A stretch of DNA of 64,000 bases. Origin: an uncultured virus (IMG/VR IMGVR_UViG_3300042934_000632). Its lineage: Duplodnaviria > Heunggongvirae > Uroviricota > Caudoviricetes. Of this stretch, positions 29,457 to 40,159 are shown piece after piece (position 1 is the first letter of the stretch; each line of letters begins with the position of its first letter). The stretch is from the IMG/VR virus record IMGVR_UViG_3300042934_000632. One strand, 5' to 3'. Under the pieces are notes generated by a model. It worked only from the letters and a program-made list of their open reading frames with translations. It did no database searches and was not told the origin of the DNA. The position numbers and the translations under genes are program-made.

Positions 29457-29861
29457 GTGGGTATACATAAAGGATTAGGAGGTGCTAAGCAAATGTATCT
29501 ACTTGAAATCAAATATGAAGATAAAATTCATATTATTGAGAAGATCCAAGTTTTGGAGCAATCTTCTGATTACCCAGAAGTTAAGTTTGCTTACATTGAA
29601 GTGCCACATAACGTACTTCAGCTTTCTCATAACGATAGGTTTCTACGTACTTTTTTTAGCGGTATAGGTTCAAGTTGTTACCCTATTATTTATCAAGACC
29701 CTGATTTCCCTATGGATGAAAATGCACAAACCTCAAGATGTGTGTCTAGTAGTCCGTATCGATGGATTGAAATATCTACTTCGGAAAAAGGAAAACTTGC
29801 AACCTTACTTACCGATGCAGTTAATCAAGAATTTGCTCGTCACTTACCTGATTTTGAGTAG
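29457..29861 (+). CDS. paralogue family C member with C-terminal tag (start probably ~29493)
   Basis: FAYIE...YRWIEIS; ends NQEFARHLPDFE. Confidence 0.65.
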   Translation: MGIHKGLGGAKQMYLLEIKYEDKIHIIEKIQVLEQSSDYPEVKFAYIEVPHNVLQLSHNDRFLRTFFSGIGSSCYPIIYQDPDFPMDENAQTSRCVSSSPYRWIEISTSEKGKLATLLTDAVNQEFARHLPDFE

Positions 29862-29872
29862 GAGGCTTTAAA

Positions 29873-30241
29873 ATGTATACTGTTGAAATTACAGCGAATG
29901 GTCTTCATTTGATCAAGGATGTCTTATACCTTGAAAAGATGACGGATTGGGATAATCAAAGATGGGCGTTTATTAAACTAGATAGTAAAGAAGAACTTCA
30001 AAGATATCGACAAGACGATAGCTTGAGGCATATATTTGGTGTTTTCGGCTGGACCGCATACACTTTTGAATATATACAGCCAGGTTTTCAACTTGCAGAT
30101 AAGCATGATGCGACAATGTTTGGACAAGACTCTATATATCGATGGATTGAAATATCGAATTCATTAAAAGGTCAACACGCTGTACTCCATCGGGCATTAT
30201 ATAATGAAGAATATTTGCCTATACTATCAGATTATGAATAG
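29873..30241 (+). CDS. paralogue family C member with C-terminal tag
   Basis: WAFIK...YRWIEIS; ends NEEYLPILSDYE. Confidence 0.7.
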   Translation: MYTVEITANGLHLIKDVLYLEKMTDWDNQRWAFIKLDSKEELQRYRQDDSLRHIFGVFGWTAYTFEYIQPGFQLADKHDATMFGQDSIYRWIEISNSLKGQHAVLHRALYNEEYLPILSDYE

Positions 30242-30252
30242 GAGGTGCTACT

Positions 30253-30642
30253 GTGTATACCGTATACCTGGCATCCGATCCAGAAAAATTTCGATTTAAG
30301 GTCTGGGCTTTTGAGAAAGTGCATGGAAATTTGGATGCAACTACAAGAGCGTGGGCTTGTATTAAATTCAAAGACAGGGCAGAACATGATAGATTTAAGA
30401 CTGATCCTATCACTTCAGTTCATTATGAGGGAAGCGCTGGCCCACCTAAAAACGATGTCTATTACCGCATCGAAGGTTTCAGCATTGAAGATGATAAAAT
30501 TTTAGAAGAGATGGAACGTGAAAATAGCTGTTATCGCTGGTTACTATCTTCTAACAACATAGAAGATGGAACATATTGGATATACGAACTTGAACCTCAA
30601 TCTAATGAAGATAGTCTATGCTTGCTTTGCGATGCTGAGTAA
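30253..30642 (+). CDS. paralogue family C member with C-terminal tag
   Basis: WACIK...ILEEME...YRWL; ends NEDSLCLLCDAE. Confidence 0.7.
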   Translation: MYTVYLASDPEKFRFKVWAFEKVHGNLDATTRAWACIKFKDRAEHDRFKTDPITSVHYEGSAGPPKNDVYYRIEGFSIEDDKILEEMERENSCYRWLLSSNNIEDGTYWIYELEPQSNEDSLCLLCDAE

Positions 30643-30645
30643 GGA

Positions 30646-30969
30646 GTGTTTCCTATGGTCAATTTATACTGGGTTTATTCGGATCAGAACTGGGTCATTC
30701 AAAAGGGCACAGTAAGTTATTGGTTGACTGATCATATGTATGAAGCAGTAAGGGATGCTAATGGAAGCTTCCTAATTTCCAGTGAATATGAAAATGTAAT
30801 TTTCAATGATATGCCGACAGATATGTTTGAGTTTATTCCAAGGGAGGAAGTTAAAATGCAACCTGTTCTACAGATCACCTGTCTTGAATGTGGCAAAAAT
30901 GCGGATATTAAGCCAGGCGAGCATTGGATTTGCGGCGACTGCAAAAATAAACAGGAAAAAAGCAGTTAA
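30646..30969 (+). CDS. hypothetical protein with C-terminal zinc ribbon
   Basis: CLEC...CGDC. Confidence 0.6.
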   Translation: MFPMVNLYWVYSDQNWVIQKGTVSYWLTDHMYEAVRDANGSFLISSEYENVIFNDMPTDMFEFIPREEVKMQPVLQITCLECGKNADIKPGEHWICGDCKNKQEKSS

Positions 30970-30972
30970 GAG

Positions 30973-31311
30973 GTGATGTTAATGAAATTTCTTGTCTATA
31001 AAAAGAATCCTGATTTGTTTCGAAAGAGAGTTCTTGTCATCGATATATGGATGAAAACAGATAAGTATGCCTGCTTTGAACTTGCCGAGGACGAAAGCTG
31101 TCCTTTTAGCTGCGGAGAAGGTGCTCCAGGATCTGATAGTGATATCTTATATGTTGATCCATCTTTTCAGCTCACCGAAGAAATATTAGAAGAAATGGAT
31201 GCTTCAGATACTCGGTTTAAGTGGGTTAAACTTAGCAATGAACATGTTGAATTCGTTGATGTCCTTGATACAAATGAATCTATGGTCAGTATTCTACGAG
31301 AGTGTGAATAG
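30973..31311 (+). CDS. paralogue family C member with C-terminal tag
   Basis: YACFE...ILEEMD...FKWV; ends NESMVSILRECE. Confidence 0.7.
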   Translation: MMLMKFLVYKKNPDLFRKRVLVIDIWMKTDKYACFELAEDESCPFSCGEGAPGSDSDILYVDPSFQLTEEILEEMDASDTRFKWVKLSNEHVEFVDVLDTNESMVSILRECE

Positions 31312-31717
31312 GAGGTGTTTAGGTGACTGATTATACTCATGTAAAAAAAGAACAATGGACTGCTGAAGAAATTACGGAACATCTTAAAAATATTGGTGTG
31401 ACTGGGCCTATTGATAAGCCTAAAAGTTCAAAGCTAGGTACAACAGCGCCACAACAAAAATACGGTAGTTCTCGCTATGTACAGCGCGGCGGAGAACGAT
31501 GGTAGGAGGTATAGATAATGGAATTCATTGGCGAAAAGGACCGTCAAATCTGGAAAGCATTGTATTCAACACTTACCACTGCTCAGATTGAAAAAGCTTT
31601 ACGCAATGCAAAACTCAGCCATGAAGACTGGATCTTATTTCTTAAAATATTTCACAAATAATTTCGTTGCTACAACCATAACCTTATGGTACTATAAAAA
31701 GGAAAAGGAGCTCTATT

Positions 31718-32002
31718 ATGGAACGCACTGTACAAGAATGGATTAAACAACGGCGGCGACAGATGCTTCTCCATTCCTTCATGTATTATCGTATGGGAGA
31801 AAGTCTAGTGTCGGATGAACAATTTGATAAGTGGGCAAGAGAACTACTCTTTCTACAAACGGAATATCCTCAGGAGTCTCTTGAAGTTGAATTCTATGAA
31901 GATTTCAAGACGTGGGATGCAACAACAGGCTATCATCTTTCTTTCCATGAATATGATTGGCTAGAACCGCTAGCTCGTTCCATGCTTGATTATCATAAAT
32001 AA
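31718..32002 (+). CDS. stand-alone NAD-dependent DNA ligase N-terminal (Ia)-like protein
   Basis: HSFMYY...SLVSDEQFDKWARELL.LQ.EYP. Confidence 0.65.
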   Translation: MERTVQEWIKQRRRQMLLHSFMYYRMGESLVSDEQFDKWARELLFLQTEYPQESLEVEFYEDFKTWDATTGYHLSFHEYDWLEPLARSMLDYHK

Positions 32003-32292
32003 GGAGTGATTTATTAATGAAGAAGATTGGCCATTTTCTGCTTAGGAATATACACTGGGGATTTATTGCTTGTATGATTTACTGGATATTTAACGGAATC
32101 CAGGTGATTAGAGGAGAATGGGTCTTTGACAAAGGAGATTCTGTATTCTCATGTATTATGGTAGCTCTCTTCTTTGCACAGGCCACTGTTCAACACCTTA
32201 GAGATATCAGACGTAATCCTGAGTGGTATGGCAAAGTAACAAAACGGGATGTATAATTCAACTACCATCATTGACGAACAGTAGGTGATACT

Positions 32293-32538
32293 ATGCGTGC
32301 AAGAGGCGAAAAACATTATAAAGCTGTTTTGACCGATATGCAAGTAGCCATCATACGGGAAATGATAAACGACGGTATTCGTTTGAACGAAATCCAAGAA
32401 AACTTTGGTATTTCCAGAAGTGTTCTTCATAGTATTAGTGCGAATTTTAGCTGGAAACATATTGCGCCACCTTCTCGTGCAAAAAAAGGTCGTGCGGATG
32501 GTCGATTGAGAGAAAAAGAAACTTCAGAAAACCCATAA
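32293..32538 (+). CDS. small HTH protein (HNH-associated C-terminal-like)
   Basis: GEKHYKAVLT..QV..IR...FGIS...SWKHI. Confidence 0.55.
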   Translation: MRARGEKHYKAVLTDMQVAIIREMINDGIRLNEIQENFGISRSVLHSISANFSWKHIAPPSRAKKGRADGRLREKETSENP

Positions 32539-32551
32539 AGGAGATTCTAGT

Positions 32552-32869
32552 ATGTTTAAACCAAATGTACATTTGAAGTATGTCATGGAAGTAGAAGATC
32601 TTCTTATAAAAGCTGTAGCTGCTCTCGATGAAGTACAAAGTAAGGATATACTTGATGGTCGCGCTCAATATGCTATTAGCCAAATCCAAAAAATGATTCA
32701 TGCAGTAGATCACGCCATCATTTCAGAACGTTATGTTATGATGAATACGTTTGAAGCTGCAAAAGATAACCAGAAAGAATTATTAAATCGATCTGAACAA
32801 CAACGTTTAGAACGTCTTGAAGGTATTAAAGAAAGAGCAAAAGAAGAAGGTAGCACTTATATTAGGTAA
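32552..32869 (+). CDS. hypothetical protein
   Basis: RBS AAGGAG, 105 aa. Confidence 0.6.
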   Translation: MFKPNVHLKYVMEVEDLLIKAVAALDEVQSKDILDGRAQYAISQIQKMIHAVDHAIISERYVMMNTFEAAKDNQKELLNRSEQQRLERLEGIKERAKEEGSTYIR

Positions 32870-32911
32870 AATTTCTGGGTGGCGGTATGTTCTATCCAGG
32901 CATCGGTGCAT

Positions 32912-32981
32912 GGGGTAGGTAGCCCAAGTGAGAGGCGGCCTGACAAGGGAGGAGATGGCGGCGAAAACCCGCCCCTACCCC
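32912..32981 (+). ncRNA. tRNA-shaped element with degenerate loops
   Basis: 8 bp GGGGTAGG/CCTACCCC; TA-GCC-CAAGTGAGA-GGC D-like arm; GGCGG-CGAAAAC-CCGCC T-like arm. Confidence 0.45.
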
Positions 32982-33019
32982 TATACTTTTTTTATAGAAG
33001 TAGCACTACATAATGGGAG

Positions 33020-33355
33020 GTGAGATCCATGCAAAAACTTATTCGTGACAATGAAAAATGGATCATCGAAGAGTTACACGGCAAAGAAGCATACACTCGA
33101 ACTATTGACGATGATACTTCTTTCATCTATGAAGGCACTAGAAAGCTTCTTCTTGATGCAGGAGAGTACGCAAGATCCAAAGATGTCTGTGAAAATTTGG
33201 AGAAGCTTGCAGATATTCTTGAGATTGTATATGCATTAGGTGCTGCAAGCGGATTTTCTCCTGAGTTATTGGATGAAACAAGACAGAGCAAAGCAAAAAC
33301 ATACGGTCGATTTGATAAGAGGATCTTTCTTGTCGGAATTGATAACGGTCAATAA
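33020..33355 (+). CDS. MazG-like/PRA-PH-like nucleoside triphosphate pyrophosphohydrolase
   Basis: KLIRD...EKLADILEIVYAL...K..YGRF. Confidence 0.7.
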   Translation: MRSMQKLIRDNEKWIIEELHGKEAYTRTIDDDTSFIYEGTRKLLLDAGEYARSKDVCENLEKLADILEIVYALGAASGFSPELLDETRQSKAKTYGRFDKRIFLVGIDNGQ

Positions 33356-34006
33356 GGAGATTTTTCTATGAGAGTTAACTTACAAAATAACGCAATGAAG
33401 CCGCGAATCAAACTCCTATCTCATAAAGAAATTCTTACCTGTTCTGACACTCAGTATGTCGTTAAGGAAAACAATGGATACTACTTGGCAACAAGAGAGC
33501 CAGAACATCTAGGAAGTAGGCCGACCATGCATGTTAAATTCCTTCGTGATTTTATAGTCACTTCTAAACCTAATCAGTCATCAAGAATATACAAAATCTT
33601 AGGATCGAAGTAAACTGAAATTGGGAGGTGAAGAAATGAACGAGAATGAAAAGCTATATCTGTGTGATACTATCACTATTCTCATTGATTACGATGGCTT
33701 TCGTACACCTGAAGGTTTGATGTCCCTAATCGATGAAGTGAAAGAAAGACTCGTTAATATCCGTGACAATAAAGTCACATCGGATATGGTTTAACTTTTT
33801 AATGTGCGCCTCGCTAGTTGGAGCATCAAGCTGGTTCGAGTCCAGCAGGCATGGGGTTGTTGGTGACTCACAAGGCAGCTAGAGGAACCAACAAATACTA
33901 CAGAGGGAGTCCCACCAGAGGGAAATAAGGCTGTGGTTCAAAACTTCCGACACTGAGGTTTGTCCTGGTTTCTCAGTGTCACCCTATATATTAAGGAGCA
34001 ATCATT

Positions 34007-34240
34007 ATGCAGTGGCTATACACAATATTCGAATGGACGTGGCATTTGAATTCTTTCGGGAACTTTATGTGGACTGTTTTTCTGATTGCGATCTTTATCT
34101 GGTCATTTTTGGGCATGCTATTCATCGCTGGAGCTAATGATCCTACGTTAGGTAGATTGATTAGATTTTTTACTATATGGTTTACTAGTCCACTGATTGT
34201 TCTTTTACTTGTTGGTTACATTGGATATTTGTCATTTTAG
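34007..34240 (+). CDS. small membrane protein
   Basis: hydrophobic 77 aa; RBS AAGGAG. Confidence 0.55.
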   Translation: MQWLYTIFEWTWHLNSFGNFMWTVFLIAIFIWSFLGMLFIAGANDPTLGRLIRFFTIWFTSPLIVLLLVGYIGYLSF

Positions 34241-34505
34241 GTATGTCTAGGAGGTTATAAACCTTGAAAATCGGAACAATTGGTAAAGGAAAGTGGCACC
34301 ATATCGTAGAATACCGTAAGAGCTACTCAGGTGAATATTATTACTGGTATCCTATTTGCCATAGTAGTGGACGATCCATCGAAAAGGCTATTGAATATCA
34401 TCCTAATCATGAACGCTACCTGTGTCCTTCATGTGTACGACAAGCTTATCAAGATGGCATTATTCGTATATCCATAGCTGAATAAATATCTGAGGGGGAA
34501 TCTAA

Positions 34506-34898
34506 ATGAAAAAGAAGCTCGCAATTATGGTTATAGCTCTTATGACAATTATCTTAACATCATGTACTAGTGAAGCAGACACCGTATCTCATAACCTATC
34601 GAAGTCCGCGGACTCATTTGAAGTACAAAGACGAGTCGTATTCTTTAATGGGATAACAGATAAATATCTGCTTACTGTTGAAGGTCTATGCTCCCTGAAT
34701 ACTGATAGTGAGAAGAAGTTGACCGTTACTTGTAAGGTTGGAGACGGTCAATACAAGAAACACTACCTTGGTTTGAGCGATAATGTAAGTTATTTTGTGG
34801 AACAAACAGACGCGAAGTATGAAGATGCATTCCACTATAAAGTAATATTTAGACCAGAATCAATCATTCCAAATATAGACCTTCAGACAAGTAAGTAA
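34506..34898 (+). CDS. phage lipoprotein
   Basis: lipobox LTSC; ADSFEVQRRVVFFNGITD motif common in phages. Confidence 0.75.
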   Translation: MKKKLAIMVIALMTIILTSCTSEADTVSHNLSKSADSFEVQRRVVFFNGITDKYLLTVEGLCSLNTDSEKKLTVTCKVGDGQYKKHYLGLSDNVSYFVEQTDAKYEDAFHYKVIFRPESIIPNIDLQTSK

Positions 34899-35267
34899 TC
34901 ATTATGGAAAAGAAGACAAAGCAAGTACGATGTGATAATACAAGATGTACAGCGTTGGTCGATGTTCCTGATGATTTTGAATATGAGTTTTGTTGCAATG
35001 GTTATATGTGCGGCTGCTATGGATATGCAATTAACCCAGTATTTTGTGAAGTCTGCGAGAAAGAAATTCTGGGGAACACGCTCTAGCTGTAACAGAATGA
35101 AAAAAGGAGTTGTTATAATTGAAAACATGGAATGATATGAAAAAGGAAATTACATCTATAAGTCCGAAGAAAAAAGCATTAATTGCTACTTTAGCAAAGA
35201 AAACGAATAATGGTCAGATAACAGAAGAAGAAGCAATGAGCATCTTATCAAAGATTAAATAAAATAT

Positions 35268-35404
35268 GCTGGAAGTAGCTTAGAGGGAGAGCGGCCCTGT
35301 GTAGGGGTGTATAAAGGCCGACATGGATATAGTTTACTGTTCAGACAGTGTTCTAAACATGGCGTCAACCTTAGCAGCGATGGTTCGAGTCCATCCTTCT
35401 AGCA
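35268..35404 (+). ncRNA. tRNA-like element (His-like) with ~60 nt insertion in the variable region
   Basis: 8 bp GCTGGAAG/CTTCTAGC, D-arm GCTT/GAGC, possible CT-GTG-TA loop, T-arm GATGG-TTCGAGT-CCATC. Confidence 0.5.
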
Positions 35405-35723
35405 GTACATATCTTTACCGAAGGGGGTGCTGTAAATATTGGATTATTTCAACTACAAAACTGCATGTGAATATATGGCTAAAAACTATTTGGTATCTGG
35501 CCCAGGTAATTATGATTATTATTTGCTGGTACAAGACAAACTTTATGGACAGTTTAGCTGTGACGATACTATATATCCTATTAAACATACACCTCAAATG
35601 CTTGAAGATATGCAGGATGATGCACTATACTGGTATATAGTTGGCGGATGCGGCGTATGGTATGAAAATAAAGCAGAACACGATCCCCGACCTTACGGCA
35701 TTTCCAGGAGGTGATAAACAACT

Positions 35724-36107
35724 ATGAAATGTCCTTATTGTCAAGGCGAAGTTATGTTTCTCACCAGTAAACAGTTTTATGGAGTAGACTATGGAACAAA
35801 CGTTTATTCATGCAAGCCATGTGACGCTTACGTGGGCACTCACGGTAATACTAAGCAACCTCTAGGAACTCTCGCGAATAAAGAGCTTCGGAAATATCGG
35901 AGTCTTGCACATAAAGCATTTGATCCATTGTGGAAAACTAAAGGAATGACTCGTACTGCTGCTTATCGATGGATGTCTGAACAGATGTCTATTGCGCCGC
36001 AGGAAGCGCATATCGGAATGTTTAATATTAATCAGTGTAAGCAGATAATTGAACTACTCTCAGTAGTAAAATACTTTGTAGAAGGGAATTATGATGAAAG
36101 ATTCTAA
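35724..36107 (+). CDS. DUF3268-like zinc-finger protein
   Basis: CPYC...CKPCDAYVGTH...PLGTLAN...AHKAFDPLW...HIGMF. Confidence 0.8.
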   Translation: MKCPYCQGEVMFLTSKQFYGVDYGTNVYSCKPCDAYVGTHGNTKQPLGTLANKELRKYRSLAHKAFDPLWKTKGMTRTAAYRWMSEQMSIAPQEAHIGMFNINQCKQIIELLSVVKYFVEGNYDERF

Positions 36108-36511
36108 TTTAGTTATAGACACACACTGTGAAGTATGTAAAAGCGATTTTATGATACCTTACAGTACACATCTTGAAAATGATGTATACTGTGATACATG
36201 CAAAAGCCTCTTGGTCAAAAAAGGAGAGTTGGTTTATGAACAATGATATTGTAGTGCGTATCGTAGATCGAATCCTATCCAACCTTACAAACCGTTCTGG
36301 CTTTGGTGAGGTTTGGTGTAGCTGTGAAGAAATCACTCATGAAAACATTAAGGCAGACCTGGAGAATATTGTTCGTCGCGAAATGGAAAGAGCGGGTATA
36401 TCATGAGCCGAAAACCAAAGAAAGAATCTTCGTGGCTGAATATAATTGGAGATATATTTGAAGCCTTGGCAGATCTAGTCGAGGCTATTTTTGTGAAGTA
36501 GGAGGACTCTT

Positions 36512-36856
36512 ATGAGTTTCGTTGATCTTAAAACAATGGAAGACTTTATTACTTTTGAATTAGGTTCTGATGTAGTAGCTGTTGTCTTTAATAATCAATT
36601 TGAAAATCTTCTAAAAAATGGAGAAATCATTTTCTTTACACTTGAAGATGGGTATGGAACTTGTTACATGAAAAAGGGTTTCGGATTTTCCAAGCCTAAA
36701 GTTGAAATGACAATTTTTTCTTTTGACAAGGATGAATTTCTTTCCTATCGCCACAAGGATATTGGAAAAGCAATAAAGGTGTTTGAACAATTTTACAAGG
36801 ATGGAACTCGATTTTTTTATGAGCCAGGTCTTCAACAAGAAAGGCTGATGAAATGA
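36512..36856 (+). CDS. hypothetical protein
   Basis: RBS AGGAGG, 114 aa. Confidence 0.6.
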   Translation: MSFVDLKTMEDFITFELGSDVVAVVFNNQFENLLKNGEIIFFTLEDGYGTCYMKKGFGFSKPKVEMTIFSFDKDEFLSYRHKDIGKAIKVFEQFYKDGTRFFYEPGLQQERLMK

Positions 36857-37120
36857 TGTATCAAGATCCTTACGATACACTCCACCTGGACGTATCAGGA
36901 ATCAAAGTATCCTATGCACTAAAAAGGGATTTTAAGAATGGAGATATTGTACGATTGAGGGAGCCTTACAAGGGCTATACTCATGGTGTTATTGTTTATC
37001 ATAACGAAACCTTGGGTGTTCTTGTACGTCTTCCTGGAACTTGGCAGAATGAACGTGGTGTATGGAATTATCATAAGTATTATTTCGAGCACGAAATTGA
37101 CTGTGTAAAGGAGAATTGAA

Positions 37121-37480
37121 ATGAGTGGTGGAAGCAACTCTAACGCCGAAGCGGGAGGATTAGCCATATTCCCTCTCGTCGGCCTGATATTTATCATCCT
37201 TAAGCTTACTGGAGCAATTGGATGGAGTTGGTGGTGGGTTACCGTTCCATTTTGGGGGCTTCCAGTACTAGGCGGCGGACTAGTTATTGCAGGCATGATC
37301 CTTTATGTTATATTCTCTTTCTTTGGTCTTGTTTTTTCTTCTTTAGCTCTGAATGTAGCTAACAAAACCTTAGATAAAAAGAAAAAAGAAGTAGAGCTTA
37401 AAAGAATGATACAAGAACAGAGTCGTCCATACAGTGCTGATGAAATTCCGTCAAAAACAACAACAAAACATTATCTTTAA
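37121..37480 (+). CDS. membrane protein with WSWWWV..PFW motif
   Basis: LIFIILKLTGAIGWSWWWVTVPFW. Confidence 0.7.
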   Translation: MSGGSNSNAEAGGLAIFPLVGLIFIILKLTGAIGWSWWWVTVPFWGLPVLGGGLVIAGMILYVIFSFFGLVFSSLALNVANKTLDKKKKEVELKRMIQEQSRPYSADEIPSKTTTKHYL

Positions 37481-37544
37481 GTAAGGAGATGATAGTTATG
37501 AAAAAGAAGTTTGATCACCTGTAGGTAAGTCCACCTATAAGGAG

Positions 37545-38186
37545 ATGACTGTTTTGAAATATTATATTCACAGCCTGACGAAGAATACGTACTTTACTCT
37601 CGATTCTTTTGAAGAGATGATTCAATGGTTTGCTCGTCAGAATAGGCCGAATCACCGTCAAATTTTTTACGGGAGTCATCCTTGGGAATATCGCCGCGAG
37701 GAATTGCCTATCAATCCAAAGATTCATCATTGGTCACTGTTCAATAGTGCGCTTGCAGAGATTGCAATGAATCCTACAGATGTTCGTCATCGGTATGATT
37801 GGGATGGAGCAGGTGGATACATTGCCGTCAGAGACATTATGGTGACTGATGAACTGAATCGAACCATTGATCCGCGGCATTACTGGGATAAGATCGCGAC
37901 TACTGTTGTTAACTACACTTATAGAAGTAACATACATCCGTATGTCTACCGCTTTGATCCTGTAGAACGCACGGGAAAGCGTCGCGGAGGACCTTCTTCT
38001 AAGCGTATTGCTACATTCCAAGAGCGAAAGCTCTCTTGCGATCCTGAAATCAAAGAATTTGTTCATCCTAAACGAAACATGATGAATCTTCCTAGTTCTT
38101 GGGATCAGCATCCTCGTAATACAAACCACTGCTGGAAAGCAAAAAAACTAAAGAAGCAGTGGATGAAACACCTAAAAGGAGCTTAA
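37545..38186 (+). CDS. hypothetical phage protein
   Basis: 213 aa; LPSSWD...WK..K.KKQW tail. Confidence 0.65.
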   Translation: MTVLKYYIHSLTKNTYFTLDSFEEMIQWFARQNRPNHRQIFYGSHPWEYRREELPINPKIHHWSLFNSALAEIAMNPTDVRHRYDWDGAGGYIAVRDIMVTDELNRTIDPRHYWDKIATTVVNYTYRSNIHPYVYRFDPVERTGKRRGGPSSKRIATFQERKLSCDPEIKEFVHPKRNMMNLPSSWDQHPRNTNHCWKAKKLKKQWMKHLKGA

Positions 38187-39052
38187 TGAAATGCAAACCG
38201 CCGTATTCGATGCCAATGGTAACATTGTCACTGAGGGAGATTTTGTACGCTCCCTAAAAACAGGATTTACCTGGGTTGTACTGGGAAGCAATGAAGTGAT
38301 TGTTTCCTTAGCTTATGGCCCCATACAAGAAGCAGTCCGTCTTGAGGTATTCCGCACTGAATTTGTGCTTGAAAAATAGAGCATGCTTTTTACGTCCTTC
38401 CTCCCCTAAGGTCCTCAGATAAAGGTAGCTTACAGGTATCTTTATCAATTCTTCATTCATATAACTTACCGAGGGGCAAATCGGTAAGGTGAGGGAGCCG
38501 CCTAAAACTGTTGACCACAGCAGAAGGTTGGAATCGTGGCGGTGAGCGGAACCGTAATAATCCGTTAGCTCTGGAGGTGGGATGTCTTGGTCGGCATTCA
38601 TGTCGCCACCTCTGGGGCGAATCTTTTAAAAAAGGGGGTATATTTATGAGTGACTTTAGCAAGTTAGACCTCGTACATGCCACGCTAAGCGCTTTAAGGG
38701 ACGGGTATAGACCGTCTATTCTATCTCCCGTAAAAACTCATGACGTAAAGCGACAGTGGCACTGTTGCCATATTACATGTGACAATCTGGCTGACTTTGT
38801 ATTACATAGTGATAATCACTTCGAGGATTACACTCATATGTGTACTGACCACGTTGCACATTATCAAGAAGATTATGACCATAAGACGCCTATTACTCGG
38901 CCAGAGAGAGGAGAAACTTAAAAAATGATATTTATTAATGCACTAGAAAAGTTCGTCAATTTTCTTGCTCTTATAGAAATGGTTCTTTTGGAACACGAGG
39001 ATAACTCTTGAAGTCTGTATAATCAAAATCTTGATATGGGAGGTGATATAAG

Positions 39053-39571
39053 ATGGCAAGTAGAAAAATGTTCAAAACTTCACTGTCATGGAGTAATTAT
39101 CTTTGGGTTTTTGCTGTAGAACCTAAACCTCGACCAGATATCATGAGAGGAATTACATCTCGTGGATCGATAAGTCCTTATGAAACTTACAATGCTAGAA
39201 GTTATGTTATTGTAACTGTCGATTCACCATTGGCAAGAACTTTGGGTGTCAGCATTCCAGACATACCTGTTATTCAAGCAATCCTTGATATGGGTTTTCG
39301 TAATGATAAAAAGAGCTCACATTATCCTGGCCACCATTACATTCCAGGACTACGTGTTGAACGTATCGGAGAACAAAGAGCCCATCAAATTGTCAGTGAA
39401 CCTGAACGATTCTTTAGGCAGGATGTCATTGAATTTTATAAGGAGAGAGGAATTACATTGGACCAAATGGTAATAGAACTATTGCAACCTATGGAATCAT
39501 ACGAACTACCCATATCTTTTGAATTACCCAGATATCACAAGCTTGGTCCAGAATGGACCCACTTAGAATGA
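39053..39571 (+). CDS. hypothetical protein
   Basis: RBS GGAGGTG, 172 aa. Confidence 0.65.
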   Translation: MASRKMFKTSLSWSNYLWVFAVEPKPRPDIMRGITSRGSISPYETYNARSYVIVTVDSPLARTLGVSIPDIPVIQAILDMGFRNDKKSSHYPGHHYIPGLRVERIGEQRAHQIVSEPERFFRQDVIEFYKERGITLDQMVIELLQPMESYELPISFELPRYHKLGPEWTHLE

Positions 39572-39592
39572 TCATAAAGGAGAGGAAACGTT

Positions 39593-40054
39593 ATGGAAGA
39601 GAGGGGGACGAGTCAGAACCTATTCTACGAAGCTGAATTCGATGGTTCTTCAAAACCTGATATACAATTTTCTAGTGTTGGCGGTGTGATCTATAACCCC
39701 GCTGGCGATATTATTTGTGAATATGGACGCGAAGTACCTTTCACGAATAATATTTACGAGCTTGAATATTTAGCACTTATTGAAATCATGAAAGAGCTAC
39801 ATCGTTTAAACGTGAAGAATGTTATCATCTCTGGCGATAGCAAATGGGTTATCTACAAAGTTTATCTTGGTAGCTCCAGATTAAAACTCCATGAAGAAAA
39901 CCTTAAGCGTGTTCACGAAAAGGCTAGAAATTTATTCCGAGATTTCGATTATTGCAGACTCAAGTGGGTTTCCCGAGATCTTAATTGCTATGCTCATAAT
40001 CTATGTAATTCAGTTACCCAAAAAGAGAAAGACGAGCAGAAGAGCATAATGTAA
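39593..40054 (+). CDS. ribonuclease HI-like protein
   Basis: FDGSS, TNN..EYLAL, GDSK.VI, WVSRDLN..AH. Confidence 0.8.
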   Translation: MEERGTSQNLFYEAEFDGSSKPDIQFSSVGGVIYNPAGDIICEYGREVPFTNNIYELEYLALIEIMKELHRLNVKNVIISGDSKWVIYKVYLGSSRLKLHEENLKRVHEKARNLFRDFDYCRLKWVSRDLNCYAHNLCNSVTQKEKDEQKSIM

Positions 40055-40159
40055 TCCCTTCGTCTTTCTCTTTTTGGGGTCCTGTAAATTTATTTCGGGA
40101 TCGCAAATAATGTACTTCCCTTACCTAGTATATTTTGCTATGATATCTATAGTAAAGTT

